The notes beneath the pieces were generated by a model. That model searched no databases, was not told where the DNA came from, and worked only from the letters and a program-made list of their open reading frames with translations. DNA of 64,000 nucleotides. Origin: a virus. Location: IMG/VR virus record IMGVR_UViG_3300046535_002148, positions 1 through 64,000 of that record, one strand, 5' to 3'. Below are positions 55,728 to 64,000 of the stretch, piece after piece. The translations under genes and the position numbers were made by a program. Numbering within the stretch: position 1 is the stretch's first letter; every line of letters begins with the position of its first letter.

Positions 55728-55825
55728 GGGGCGCCGCCAGGTGCAGACATGGGTGTGCTCCGTCCGGTCCTGTTCCAGTCCCACACAGACCCCCGGTGGG
55801 GGCCCCGTTCCTGTTCCACTGGGCT

Positions 55826-55854
55826 GCATCGGCATCGCCGCGACGGACGGCGAA
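55826..55854 (-). promoter_or_regulatory. late promoter-like motif
   Basis: TTCG-N17-GCCGATGC. Confidence 0.55.
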
Positions 55855-55869
55855 TCGGACCGGACATGG

Positions 55870-55901
55870 CGCAGGGCCCGGTGACGAAGCCGGGCCCTGC
55901 G
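55870..55901 (-). terminator. hairpin after major tail gene
   Basis: CGCAGGGCCCGG-N8-CCGGGCCCTGCG. Confidence 0.65.
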
Positions 55902-55923
55902 GTTTGCTGACTACCCCTCAGGC

Positions 55924-57135
55924 TTACGGACTGTCCGATTTGTAAACGTTGAGGATGCCCGCGTCGGACTCGAAGTTCAGGCTCATGCTCAGCTTCTGCT
56001 GGACCTGGCCGGAGTAGCCCGGCAGCGTGAACCGGGCGTCGGGGACCTCGATGGTCTTGATGGTCGAGCCGTTGGTCGGGCTCTTGAGCTTGATGAGCAG
56101 GCTCAGCGGGGTACTGGTGTACGGGCCGACGGCCTCGTTGGTGGCCGAGACCCCGGAGATCTGGCGGATGCGGGTCATGAGCTCGGCGACGTCGCGGGGC
56201 TTGATGTCGATGGAGCCGGAGACCTGCGGGACGTCGTAGTCCTGGGAGACGACGTAGTAGTTGCCGAACTCCTCGTCGCGGTCGAGGTTCACGCGGTACT
56301 CGACGTTGACCGCCTGGACCGAGGGCCACTTGAAGCCGGCGGTGTTGCCACCGACGTAGACCTCGATGTTCTTGCCCTTGATGGCAGAGGGCCTGGTCGC
56401 GGAGTCCACGGCGTGCGAGGCCTGTGGGTAGTTCGCGACGACCGCGCTCTGGTAGGAGATGCGGACCTTCTCGGCGACCGGGACCGCGGCCAGGATCGTG
56501 ACGGCGGTGGCGGTCTCGGTGTAGTCGACGCCCTTCACCAGTCGCTTGCCGGCGGTGACCAGCGAGACGCCCAGGGCGTAGCGGGTACCGGCGATCGCGT
56601 CGCCGTTGTAGGCGATCGGGGCGTTGGTGAAGTTGATCGCCTGGTTGGCGACGTTGGTGCCCACCGTCTCCTGGACGTAGGCCGACGCGCCCGCGTAGTA
56701 GATGGAGTCCCCGCGCAGGGTGGCGGTCTGGCTGGCGTTGTCGCGGATACCGAAGCGGTAGCTCAGCGACTCCAGCATCAGGTACGGGATGACGACCGAA
56801 CCCGAGACGTCGTACAGGTTGGTGTCGGTGCGCCCACGCTTGAACTCGTTGGCGATGTCCATGGGCAGCGACCGCGAGATGTCGTACTTGGTCGCGTTGA
56901 TGTCGGTGGCGAAGTCCTTGCCGACCAGCATGGCTTCGAACTCAGGGGAAACGTCGAAGCTCTCGTTGGAGAAGCTCAGATCCGGGGTGTCGCGAACCGT
57001 CGCGACGGACTGGTAATTACCCAGCTCGAAGACCTTGTCGGTCGGGATGTTGACCTGTCCCGGACCCGCGGTCTGAACTCGGTCAACCAGGATCTGGTTG
57101 CCGATAGTGATGATGTCGCCAGCCTTCAGCGCGAT
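55924..57135 (-). CDS. major tail protein (probable non-canonical ATC start)
   Basis: Position upstream of chaperones; two tube-like beta repeats (ELGN../EEFGN..); GGAGG 9 nt before ATC. Confidence 0.75.
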   Translation of the reverse strand: MALKAGDIITIGNQILVDRVQTAGPGQVNIPTDKVFELGNYQSVATVRDTPDLSFSNESFDVSPEFEAMLVGKDFATDINATKYDISRSLPMDIANEFKRGRTDTNLYDVSGSVVIPYLMLESLSYRFGIRDNASQTATLRGDSIYYAGASAYVQETVGTNVANQAINFTNAPIAYNGDAIAGTRYALGVSLVTAGKRLVKGVDYTETATAVTILAAVPVAEKVRISYQSAVVANYPQASHAVDSATRPSAIKGKNIEVYVGGNTAGFKWPSVQAVNVEYRVNLDRDEEFGNYYVVSQDYDVPQVSGSIDIKPRDVAELMTRIRQISGVSATNEAVGPYTSTPLSLLIKLKSPTNGSTIKTIEVPDARFTLPGYSGQVQQKLSMSLNFESDAGILNVYKSDSP

Positions 57136-57201
57136 GACTACTGCCCTCCAGATTTGGCGCCGGGCGCCGGCGCGACCGGGGTAATGCCGCCGTTGCTGGA
57201 G

Positions 57202-57230
57202 GTGTCGGCACCGTCGAGGGAGGCGCCAAA
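57202..57230 (-). promoter_or_regulatory. late promoter-like motif
   Basis: TTTG-N17-GCCGACAC. Confidence 0.6.
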
Positions 57231-57236
57231 AAGGAC

Positions 57237-57992
57237 TCAGCCCTCGATGTAGCGATCGGGCGTAGGGGGCAGTCGGCGCGGCAACTCGCCGGGCCTGGCG
57301 TTGCGTCGGAACTGGTCGAACCGCGCCGCCTGGTCGGCGTGCTGGAAGCCGAAGGCTCTGCGCATCGCGGGCCTGATGCCGCGGCCGGCGTTGCTGTAGA
57401 CCAACTCGAAGATGTGGTCGGTGTTCAGCCACTTGTCGCGCAGATCGTCCATGGCGTCGCCGATGTAGCGGAACGGAACCCTCGGGCCCACCAGCGCCTG
57501 AATGACCGGCCCCTTGCGCATCTGGACGAACCGAACGGCGTTGTTGGCCCCTTCTCGCGGCCTTTCGTAACGGGTGTTTCCGCGTCGGCTCTGCAGCATG
57601 AACAGGCCTTGGAGTTGCTGTTTGCGACCCTCAGCTCCGACCTCGAGCTGGCGCCAGTACATGGTCGCCTTGCGGTCGAGGAAGGACTCGTTGTTGACGT
57701 CGAAGCCGTTGAGGGTGACGTGGCGGTTCTCGTCGGAGAGCAGGGCCTGCGCCAGAGGGCTCGCCGAGAACGGGCGCCGCTGCGGTCGCCGGTGCTCCCG
57801 GACGGAGTCACGCAGCTTCTCGCGCTCCTTCTTCTGCAGCTCGATGGCCAGGGCCGTGTTGACCTTGAGCATGATCTGGTCGATGCGCGCCGCGTCGCTG
57901 GTCAACCGTTCGCATTGGCGGCGGATGTTCGTGGTGTCGATCCGGGGGACCTTGAGGATCGGCCCGGAGAGTCGCCCACTGCTGTTAGCCAC
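57237..57992 (-). CDS. basic neck/tail-completion-like protein
   Basis: Arg-rich, YWRQLEVG motif, synteny in head-tail region. Confidence 0.55.
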   Translation of the reverse strand: MANSSGRLSGPILKVPRIDTTNIRRQCERLTSDAARIDQIMLKVNTALAIELQKKEREKLRDSVREHRRPQRRPFSASPLAQALLSDENRHVTLNGFDVNNESFLDRKATMYWRQLEVGAEGRKQQLQGLFMLQSRRGNTRYERPREGANNAVRFVQMRKGPVIQALVGPRVPFRYIGDAMDDLRDKWLNTDHIFELVYSNAGRGIRPAMRRAFGFQHADQAARFDQFRRNARPGELPRRLPPTPDRYIEG

Positions 57993-58269
57993 CGAGCTTC
58001 TCCACGATCTGGCGCTGGGAGGCATGCATGGCCTCGATCAGCTTCAGGGCGCGGTCGTTGCGCATCTGGTCCTGGTCGACGACCTTGAGGATGTCGCGCA
58101 CGAAGTCGGTGTAGGCGTCGGCGGCGTCGAAGACCTTCTGCCGGAAGCCGTCACGCTCATCGTCGGTGAGCTTCGGGTAGAACTCGCGCTCGGCGTGCCC
58201 GAGTACGGAGGCGATGAAGCGTTTGCGCTGCTCCAGCATGAGCCGGACCACCATGTCGTCACGGGGCAA
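57985..58269 (-). CDS. hypothetical protein
   Basis: GAGGA RBS, TTG start. Confidence 0.65.
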   Translation of the reverse strand: MPRDDMVVRLMLEQRKRFIASVLGHAEREFYPKLTDDERDGFRQKVFDAADAYTDFVRDILKVVDQDQMRNDRALKLIEAMHASQRQIVEKLGG

Positions 58270-58278
58270 GACAGGTCC

Positions 58279-58791
58279 TCACTGGAAGCGCACTGAGGCG
58301 GGGGCCTTGACCACCCGCCAGTACCGACGGATGTCCGGGGAGCCCATGGACGCAGCCGGACGCTCGACGAAGACCTGCTCCCGCTCGACCCAGATGATCT
58401 CGGCGGTCTCGGTGCCGTCGGCAACTGACGTGTAGTCACGCAGGTTGAGGGCGAGGTCGCTGAGGATGCCCTTCACGTCGCTGGCGATGGACGTCGCGAT
58501 GGCGGCGTTCGCGCCGTAGACGTCGACGAAGACCGGGAACACGACCTCCCACAGTCCCCCGGTCGAGGCGCCCATCTCCATCGGCTGGTCGGGCTCCTCA
58601 TCGCCCAGGGTGATGGCAACGGTGTTGGCCTTGATCTCCTTGCCGGCCTCGTCGGGCTGGAACTCGAGGAACGTGATCGGGACCGTGTCGAAGTTGACCG
58701 GGGCGTTGACCCAGCCAAGTGATGCGAGCTGCGCTTCGACGTGATCGGCGAGGGTCTTGTGCACATGCCTCGGCCTGAACCGCAGCGCCAT
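58279..58791 (-). CDS. putative tail terminator protein
   Basis: Size, synteny, VFVDVYG..AIA..IA.DV pattern. Confidence 0.55.
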   Translation of the reverse strand: MALRFRPRHVHKTLADHVEAQLASLGWVNAPVNFDTVPITFLEFQPDEAGKEIKANTVAITLGDEEPDQPMEMGASTGGLWEVVFPVFVDVYGANAAIATSIASDVKGILSDLALNLRDYTSVADGTETAEIIWVEREQVFVERPAASMGSPDIRRYWRVVKAPASVRFQ

Positions 58792-59231
58792 CAGAGCTCG
58801 TTCTCGGCGACGAAGACCATCTGGTAGACGCCGACGTCGTAGAGACCGACCGGCGGGGCGGTGCGTCGGTAGAGGTACTTGTCGCCGCCGGCGATCACGT
58901 AGGAGCAGCCCTTCACCTGGTCGTACTCCTCATCGAGCAGGGTGATGTTGAGCTTGGTCGCGGTGACCGTGCCGAAGGGCACCGTCTCCCCCTCGTGGTC
59001 GATCCACTCCACGGCACAGGGCACGCGGACCTCGCGGCGCGGTGACTGGGTCACGGTCGCAGTGGGGTCGAACGGGGTGTTCTCGTCGTCGGTCGGTCTG
59101 TTGTAGATCAGCTGCTTCGGGAAGCAGAAGATGACCTGCTCGCTGGACTTGGGCGCCGCGCCGAGCTCCATCACCATGCGGATGTTGGTCCGGAACTCGT
59201 CGCCGTCGAAGTCGGCACTGGATCCCGCCAT
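58791..59231 (-). CDS. putative head-tail stopper
   Basis: VPCAVE..., beta-rich, synteny. Confidence 0.55.
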   Translation of the reverse strand: MAGSSADFDGDEFRTNIRMVMELGAAPKSSEQVIFCFPKQLIYNRPTDDENTPFDPTATVTQSPRREVRVPCAVEWIDHEGETVPFGTVTATKLNITLLDEEYDQVKGCSYVIAGGDKYLYRRTAPPVGLYDVGVYQMVFVAENEL

Positions 59232-59239
59232 CGCTCACC

Positions 59240-59758
59240 TCACAGCAATCCGCCGACCGGATCGTGGTAATCCGATCGACCGTGGAGCCAGTTGAGGTCG
59301 TAGCTGGCGATGGAGCGGGCGACGCTGGCATCGGCCATGTAGACGGCGCTCGCGACGCCGTAGTTCGTGGACAGGGTGATCACCTGCTGCTTCTCCGCCT
59401 CGTACTGCTTGAGCAGTTCGACGAGGACCTGGCTGGCGTAGTCCTGCTCGGACACGACGCCGGGGGCCTCGTAGCGGACGTGGCTCTTGCGGTTGGCGAT
59501 CTGGGTGCGCAGGATCCGGGCGCCGGTGAACAGCACGACGACAGATCCCTGCTCGATGCTGATGTCCGGGGTGACGGTGTAGTCGTCCAGGTCGAGATCG
59601 GCGCTGCCGAACAGGCCGAAGCGGCGGGCCTCGGCCCAGCCGTCGGCGAGGGCCTCGGTGAGGTCCAGGTCGGAGGCGTCCGGGAAGTAGGTGTCGAACT
59701 GTCCCGGGGGCGCCACGAAGCGCTTCAGGGATCCCACCAGCGCAGCCAACTGACTCAT
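59240..59758 (-). CDS. putative head-tail adaptor
   Basis: Helical, first gene of the joining cluster. Confidence 0.55.
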   Translation of the reverse strand: MSQLAALVGSLKRFVAPPGQFDTYFPDASDLDLTEALADGWAEARRFGLFGSADLDLDDYTVTPDISIEQGSVVVLFTGARILRTQIANRKSHVRYEAPGVVSEQDYASQVLVELLKQYEAEKQQVITLSTNYGVASAVYMADASVARSIASYDLNWLHGRSDYHDPVGGLL

Positions 59759-59884
59759 GTTGGGGGTATCGGGCCGTGGGTGGCCCGGCGAAAACGGCAC
59801 CGGGGCCCGGGCGGTCACGGCGCTCGGGCCCCGGTTCGGGGTCGCGCTCTCGGCCGGATCGGCGACCGGGGCGACGGTGGGGAT

Positions 59885-59910
59885 AAAACTCCGGAGCTGG
59901 CTCCGGAGTT
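59885..59910 (-). terminator. intrinsic terminator
   Basis: AACTCCGGAGC/GCTCCGGAGTT running into a T-tract on the - strand. Confidence 0.6.
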
Positions 59911-59912
59911 CT

Positions 59913-60464
59913 TCAGCTCAGGGGTGTGGCTGCGCGGTTGGGGTTGGCTTCCTCGCGGATGGCCTTCTGGCTCTTCGACTGCTTGTAGCGGGCGTCGATG
60001 ATCTCGGAGAGGATCTCCATCTGCTCCATGGTCGCCTCCTTGCCACCGACATCACGCAGGCGGCGCAGGACGAGCTCGCTGCTGATGTCCTCGATGGTGG
60101 CACGGAAGACCTCACCGTCCTTGACCGTGAAGAACTCCTTCAACTCCTCGAGGGTCAGGTGGTAGGTGGAGTCGATGTCCGGGACGTAGTCCTCCGGGGC
60201 GCCGTCGACGCGCAGGAACTTCAGGGCGCCGTTGCGGAACGGATTGGAGGTGGACATCTCCTCCACGATCTGCTGCTCGTTGTAGCGGCGGTCGTCGATG
60301 CTGATGCGCAGGAACTTGGAGCCGCCGTCGGAGCCGCCGACCTTCTGCTTGGTGTAGCCCTTCGTGCGCGGGTCCATCTGCCAGACCCAGATCGTGCCGG
60401 GTCCGGTGACCTGCCAGGTCTCGGTGCCCTCGGTGTAGATGTAATCGGTGAGCGCAGTTGCCAT
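59913..60464 (-). CDS. hypothetical late protein
   Basis: AAGGGA RBS; NPFRNG motif. Confidence 0.7.
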   Translation of the reverse strand: MATALTDYIYTEGTETWQVTGPGTIWVWQMDPRTKGYTKQKVGGSDGGSKFLRISIDDRRYNEQQIVEEMSTSNPFRNGALKFLRVDGAPEDYVPDIDSTYHLTLEELKEFFTVKDGEVFRATIEDISSELVLRRLRDVGGKEATMEQMEILSEIIDARYKQSKSQKAIREEANPNRAATPLS

Positions 60465-60494
60465 TCCATGTCCCTTCACGACTTGTTGTTTCCG

Positions 60495-60522
60495 CTATCG
60501 ACCTTTCCAGCGAAAACTGAAA
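60495..60522 (-). promoter_or_regulatory. late promoter-like motif (variant)
   Basis: TTTC-N16-GTCGATAG. Confidence 0.45.
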
Positions 60523-60527
60523 GTGCG

Positions 60528-60881
60528 TCAGGCGCCGGGGCTCTGCCCGGGGGCGTGCTTGGCTGAGGACGGGCCGATCGTGGTGATCTGCTCGAGGGTC
60601 TGTACGCCTGAGGGCAGCGGCTTGAGCAGGTGGGCGTAGGAGGTCTGCGCGGCGATGACCACGGCGGCGATGGACGCCATGGCCGAGGTCGCGGAGAAGT
60701 CGACCTCGCCGTTGAACAGGGCGTTGCCCAGGCCGACCAGGACGCTGATGACCAGGGCGACCGCGCGGCGCGTCTTGTCGTTCCAGCGGGCCTGGTTGAT
60801 GACGGCCACGAGGTAGGGGGTGACCACGCCGAGGATGAGACCCCAGCTGGCGGCGGTAGTCATGGTGCCGTTGTTGTCCAT
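60528..60881 (-). CDS. holin
   Basis: 2-3 hydrophobic segments; P.LVAVINQ..W...RR.VA...SY..LLKP actinophage holin pattern. Confidence 0.7.
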   Translation of the reverse strand: MDNNGTMTTAASWGLILGVVTPYLVAVINQARWNDKTRRAVALVISVLVGLGNALFNGEVDFSATSAMASIAAVVIAAQTSYAHLLKPLPSGVQTLEQITTIGPSSAKHAPGQSPGA

Positions 60882-60889
60882 CGGAATCC

Positions 60890-61141
60890 TCAGCCCCGTA
60901 GGGCGACCGGGCGCCGGCTCTTGCGACGCTTCATGAGTTTGCCGAGCTTCTTCGGGCTGCGGATCACGTCCTCGCCCTTGGACAGCGGCGCGGTTGAACG
61001 CACCGGCTGCTGCCGGGCGTCGTTGTCGCGGGTCCGCTGCTCCGGGCTGCGTCGCAGGCAGCTCTTCGAGCAGTAGGCGCTGTCCTCGGACAGGTAGGCC
61101 ATGGTGGTGATGGGCGCCTTGCAGTGCTTGCAGTTGGTCAT
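60890..61141 (-). CDS. small zinc-finger basic protein
   Basis: CKHC...YCSKSC. Confidence 0.55.
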   Translation of the reverse strand: MTNCKHCKAPITTMAYLSEDSAYCSKSCLRRSPEQRTRDNDARQQPVRSTAPLSKGEDVIRSPKKLGKLMKRRKSRRPVALRG

Positions 61142-61190
61142 CGTGTTCGGCGTATGGTGCCGCGGCCCGTGAGGTGCGTTGACGCTGTTG

Positions 61191-61219
61191 TCATCGACCG
61201 GTCGGGCGCCCGCCGCAAA
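61191..61219 (-). promoter_or_regulatory. late promoter-like motif
   Basis: TTTG-N17-GTCGATGA. Confidence 0.65.
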
Positions 61220-61223
61220 CGAG

Positions 61224-61910
61224 TCAGGTCTTGATGATGTGGTACAGCGCGAGGTACGGGTCCTGCGTCGGCACTGCGTTGGGAGTTGCCGATCCGGTCG
61301 TTCCGGTGTTGCTCGGCGTGGTCGAACCGGTGTTGCCCGGTGTCGTGGATGCAGTGGTGCCCGAGACAGTGTGTGTGTGAGCCGAACCAGCGACCGTGAA
61401 GTCCGTGAAAGTACCCGTCGTCTGGCCGACGGGCCGGGTCGTTGCTGTCGGGCTCGCGTCGAAGGCGGTCGCCGCGCTCGCTGGGATCGCATTGCTGCTG
61501 CTCGTGGCGGAGAAGGTGTGCGTGTGCGCGGCCGACGTGTGCGTGTGCGCAGCTGACGTGTGGTCATGCTGGGGCAGCTCGCTGATGGTCAGTGTGTAGC
61601 TCGCAGTGCCACCCACTGCCGCCAAGGCCACGCCGGCCCCCGCGACGGCCGGGTTGTCACCGGCGCCGATCGCAACGCGTTGGCGCATGTCGGGCAGGCG
61701 GAACTCCGTCGCCAGCTCGCCCCCGGTGTTGTACGTCGTGCCGATCACGGCGAACAGCGCCGCGTAGGTGGCCCGCAACTGCTTGGTGCCGTCGCAGATC
61801 AACCAGCCGCTGGGGGCGGTGCTGCCCGCGAACTGCATCATCGCCCCCGGCGGCGTGCTGGCCCCGGGGGGGCTGACCTGGTCCAGGTTCAGGGTGGTGC
61901 CCAATCGCAT
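61224..61910 (-). CDS. phage tail collar domain protein
   Basis: PSGWLICDG...YAALFAVIGTTY...FRLPD; HTH repeats; PYLAL..IIK. Confidence 0.9.
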   Translation of the reverse strand: MRLGTTLNLDQVSPPGASTPPGAMMQFAGSTAPSGWLICDGTKQLRATYAALFAVIGTTYNTGGELATEFRLPDMRQRVAIGAGDNPAVAGAGVALAAVGGTASYTLTISELPQHDHTSAAHTHTSAAHTHTFSATSSSNAIPASAATAFDASPTATTRPVGQTTGTFTDFTVAGSAHTHTVSGTTASTTPGNTGSTTPSNTGTTGSATPNAVPTQDPYLALYHIIKT

Positions 61911-61911
61911 C

Positions 61912-62226
61912 TCAGGCCAGCTGGCCGGAGATCGTCACCTTGTAGCCCTGGGCAGGGCCGGAGCCGCGGTCGACGAAGCGACCGTCACCGTCCTTCCACA
62001 TGGGAAGGACGGTCTCGGTGGCGACGACGTTCTTCTGCAGCTTGAAGCCGTGCGCGTCGGCCGAGGCCTTCCACTCGGCCTTGACCGCGGCGATCACGGC
62101 CTTGCGCTTCTTGTCGGTGTCGAATGCCGCAAGCTCGGCGACCTTGCTGTAGCTCCACATCTGGGGTGCAGGCATGAGGGCGGCGATCCTTTCCTTGATG
62201 GCCTGGATGATGTGCTTCAGATTCAC
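61912..62226 (-). CDS. hypothetical protein
   Basis: GTGA coupling. Confidence 0.6.
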   Translation of the reverse strand: MNLKHIIQAIKERIAALMPAPQMWSYSKVAELAAFDTDKKRKAVIAAVKAEWKASADAHGFKLQKNVVATETVLPMWKDGDGRFVDRGSGPAQGYKVTISGQLA

Positions 62227-62723
62227 GGTGTCGTGGTCCCGTCCGGCGACGTCGTCAAATCCGGGAGGGCAGTGGTGACCGGCTGGATGACCTCGCCCAT
62301 GGCCGCAGCGTCGCCGGTGACCTCCTGGATGACACCGGAGGCGTCGATGACGACCTCCAGGCCGTCAGTGCCGGTGCTCGCGCTGGTGTCGACGGCCGGG
62401 TCGGGGAAGGTGACCTCGCCGGTGACGGTGAGCATGAAGGCCTCCGGCTCCACACCGTCGACGGTCTGGTCGTCCAGGACGCCGGTGACCGGTAGCGGCC
62501 ACATCGGGGCGACGGTCTCGATGGTGGTCTCGGGGTTCGGGACGTAGCCGGCGTCGCGGGCCGTCGATTCCCAGTACTGGTGCACGACGGTGGCGAGCTG
62601 GGCTCGCGCTGTCGGGTTGGTCTGCCATTTGGCGGTGGAGAGAAACTCTCCGTAGCTCCACAGCATGACTTCGTATCCCCCTCGGTCCTCGATGGTGAGA
62701 TTCCCTTGTCCTGCGTCGGCCAT
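62223..62723 (-). CDS. hypothetical virion-associated protein
   Basis: TGATG coupling (MADAGQGNL...). Confidence 0.6.
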   Translation of the reverse strand: MADAGQGNLTIEDRGGYEVMLWSYGEFLSTAKWQTNPTARAQLATVVHQYWESTARDAGYVPNPETTIETVAPMWPLPVTGVLDDQTVDGVEPEAFMLTVTGEVTFPDPAVDTSASTGTDGLEVVIDASGVIQEVTGDAAAMGEVIQPVTTALPDLTTSPDGTTTP

Positions 62724-64000
62724 CAGAAGATCCCTGCCAGTCGCAGGTCGAATGGAGAGCCGACGGACTTCTTCACCTCGATGGCGGCGATGGTGTGCCC
62801 GCCGGCGAAGTTGGTGGTGAAGCCGAGGTTCTTGGCCCCGACTGGGCCGGCGTCGGGGTACCAGGCCGCGTAGGCGGTGTAGTTGCCGGAGCTGTTCGTG
62901 TAGACGATCTCCCCGCCGTTGCCGGCGCTCGGGGTGTAACCGTTCACCGCGTTCCAGACGCGGCTGGTTCCGGCGACGCCGGACCAGTCGGCCATGATCA
63001 CCAGGATGCCGGAGTTCGCCGCGGTGGTGCTCAGGGCCAGCGCGGGCGGCGTCGACCCGGAGCCGGTGGTCAGGGCCGAGGCGCCGGGCACGCCGTTGGC
63101 GAAGCGGGCCACCGCGGTGCCCCAGGTGCCGCCGACGCTGCCGGTCACGGCCTGGGAGTAGGTCCAGGTGGCCCCGGCGGCGACCGGTGCCGACCACAGC
63201 CCGGCGCGGCAGCGCGAGGCGGTGCCCAACTGCTGCTGCTGGGTCCAGGTCACCGCCCCGCCGGTCGGGGTGGCGAAGACCTCGGCGTCCTCCTCGTCCA
63301 TGGACAACGCGACCAGCAGGTCCCCGGCCGCGGCGGTCACCGACACGGTGCGCGGGGAGGTGGTGGCGTTGAACCCGGCGTCGTACTTGCCGAGGTAGGA
63401 CATCGCGCCCCCGCCGCCGACCACCGGGGGGACGTAGTTGACGTGGTCGACGTAACCCGCCGGGGGCACACCGGAGGCCGATTGCAACCACACCAGCGGG
63501 ATGGAGTAGTCCAGGAGGTCCGGGGTCCAGGGGTGCCCGCAGGAGGCGAACTGGGTCCAGTTGGTGCCGTCGGCGCTGTAGTCGTAGTAGAAGTACCCGT
63601 TCGATTCGCGCACCCGCACCCAGTCCGCCGCCGCGACCGGGGCCGAGTCGGTGTAGACGCCACCGGCGATGCGGGTGCGCGCGAACATCGTCGTCCCGGT
63701 GTAGACGACCCCGCAGTAGATGAAGCTGGCGGGCATGTTGGCCAGGTTCACCGCGACCAGCAGGTAGGTGTTGGCCGGCAGCGACGGCCGGTTGGGCACG
63801 TTGTAGAAGATCGAGCTGCCGCGCATGTTGAAACGGCCGTTCGCGTTCACCAACGTGTTGTACGGACTGGCGGAGGCGTCCAGGAGCACCACGCCGTTGG
63901 GCGTCGTGGCCACACCGGAGTAGACGGTCCAGCGACTCAGCGACCCGAAGGAGTCGATGAACTTCTCGATCTTCGGCAGGGTGGAGACGTAGGTGTCGTT
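62723..64000 (-). CDS. virion-associated lectin-like protein, 5'-truncated by window
   Basis: Frame stays open to the window edge; WVRVRESNG..Y..SADG.NW domain. Confidence 0.7.
   Translation of the reverse strand, partial: NDTYVSTLPKIEKFIDSFGSLSRWTVYSGVATTPNGVVLLDASASPYNTLVNANGRFNMRGSSIFYNVPNRPSLPANTYLLVAVNLANMPASFIYCGVVYTGTTMFARTRIAGGVYTDSAPVAAADWVRVRESNGYFYYDYSADGTNWTQFASCGHPWTPDLLDYSIPLVWLQSASGVPPAGYVDHVNYVPPVVGGGGAMSYLGKYDAGFNATTSPRTVSVTAAAGDLLVALSMDEEDAEVFATPTGGAVTWTQQQQLGTASRCRAGLWSAPVAAGATWTYSQAVTGSVGGTWGTAVARFANGVPGASALTTGSGSTPPALALSTTAANSGILVIMADWSGVAGTSRVWNAVNGYTPSAGNGGEIVYTNSSGNYTAYAAWYPDAGPVGAKNLGFTTNFAGGHTIAAIEVKKSVGSPFDLRLAGIF

Noticed and set aside
59856-59886. Seventh late-promoter copy (GCCGATCC) upstream of the adaptor gene
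   Set aside because: No TTYG at 17-nt spacing; the nearest T-rich box belongs to the terminator tail
60861-60881. Dual-start holin/antiholin motif (MDNNGTM)
   Set aside because: No basic residue between the two Met codons and no clear second RBS
61360-61570. HTHT/SAAHTHT and STTP repeats
   Set aside because: Ordinary metal-binding repeats of tail collar/fibre proteins
1-64000. CRISPR array, tRNA/tmRNA, integrase, reverse transcriptase/DGR
   Set aside because: No regularly spaced repeats, cloverleaf or catalytic motifs seen by eye; a computational scan could still find weak cases

Overview
High-GC tailed-phage (siphovirus-like, probably actinobacterial) genome segment with three blocks. (1) 1-26.5 kb, + strand: about 50 tightly packed small genes, mostly of unknown function, cut into cassettes by a recurrent hairpin motif. 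It includes a secreted metzincin pair, an AbrB/RelE-like toxin-antitoxin pair, a TGT-like protein, DUF932 and a gp88-like Cys protein. It ends in a Ku, ATP-dependent ligase, MoxR AAA, vWA, unknown protein, RuvB-like gene run. (2) 26.5-37.8 kb, - strand: replication/recombination genes, namely a PD-(D/E)XK nuclease with one intein, a Sak4-like ATPase, an SSB-like protein, an HNH-AP2 endonuclease, a primase-helicase with two inteins, an HNH protein and a UDG. (3) 38.6-64 kb, - strand: virion genes, namely head-tail joining, major tail, a tail chaperone with a -1 frameshift, a 2654-aa tape measure with a lysozyme domain, minor tail proteins, a holin and a collar protein. A repeated TTYG-N17-GYCGA promoter-like motif precedes several of these genes. 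I saw no capsid, terminase, integrase, tRNA or CRISPR array. All family assignments come from motif recognition by eye, not from database searches.
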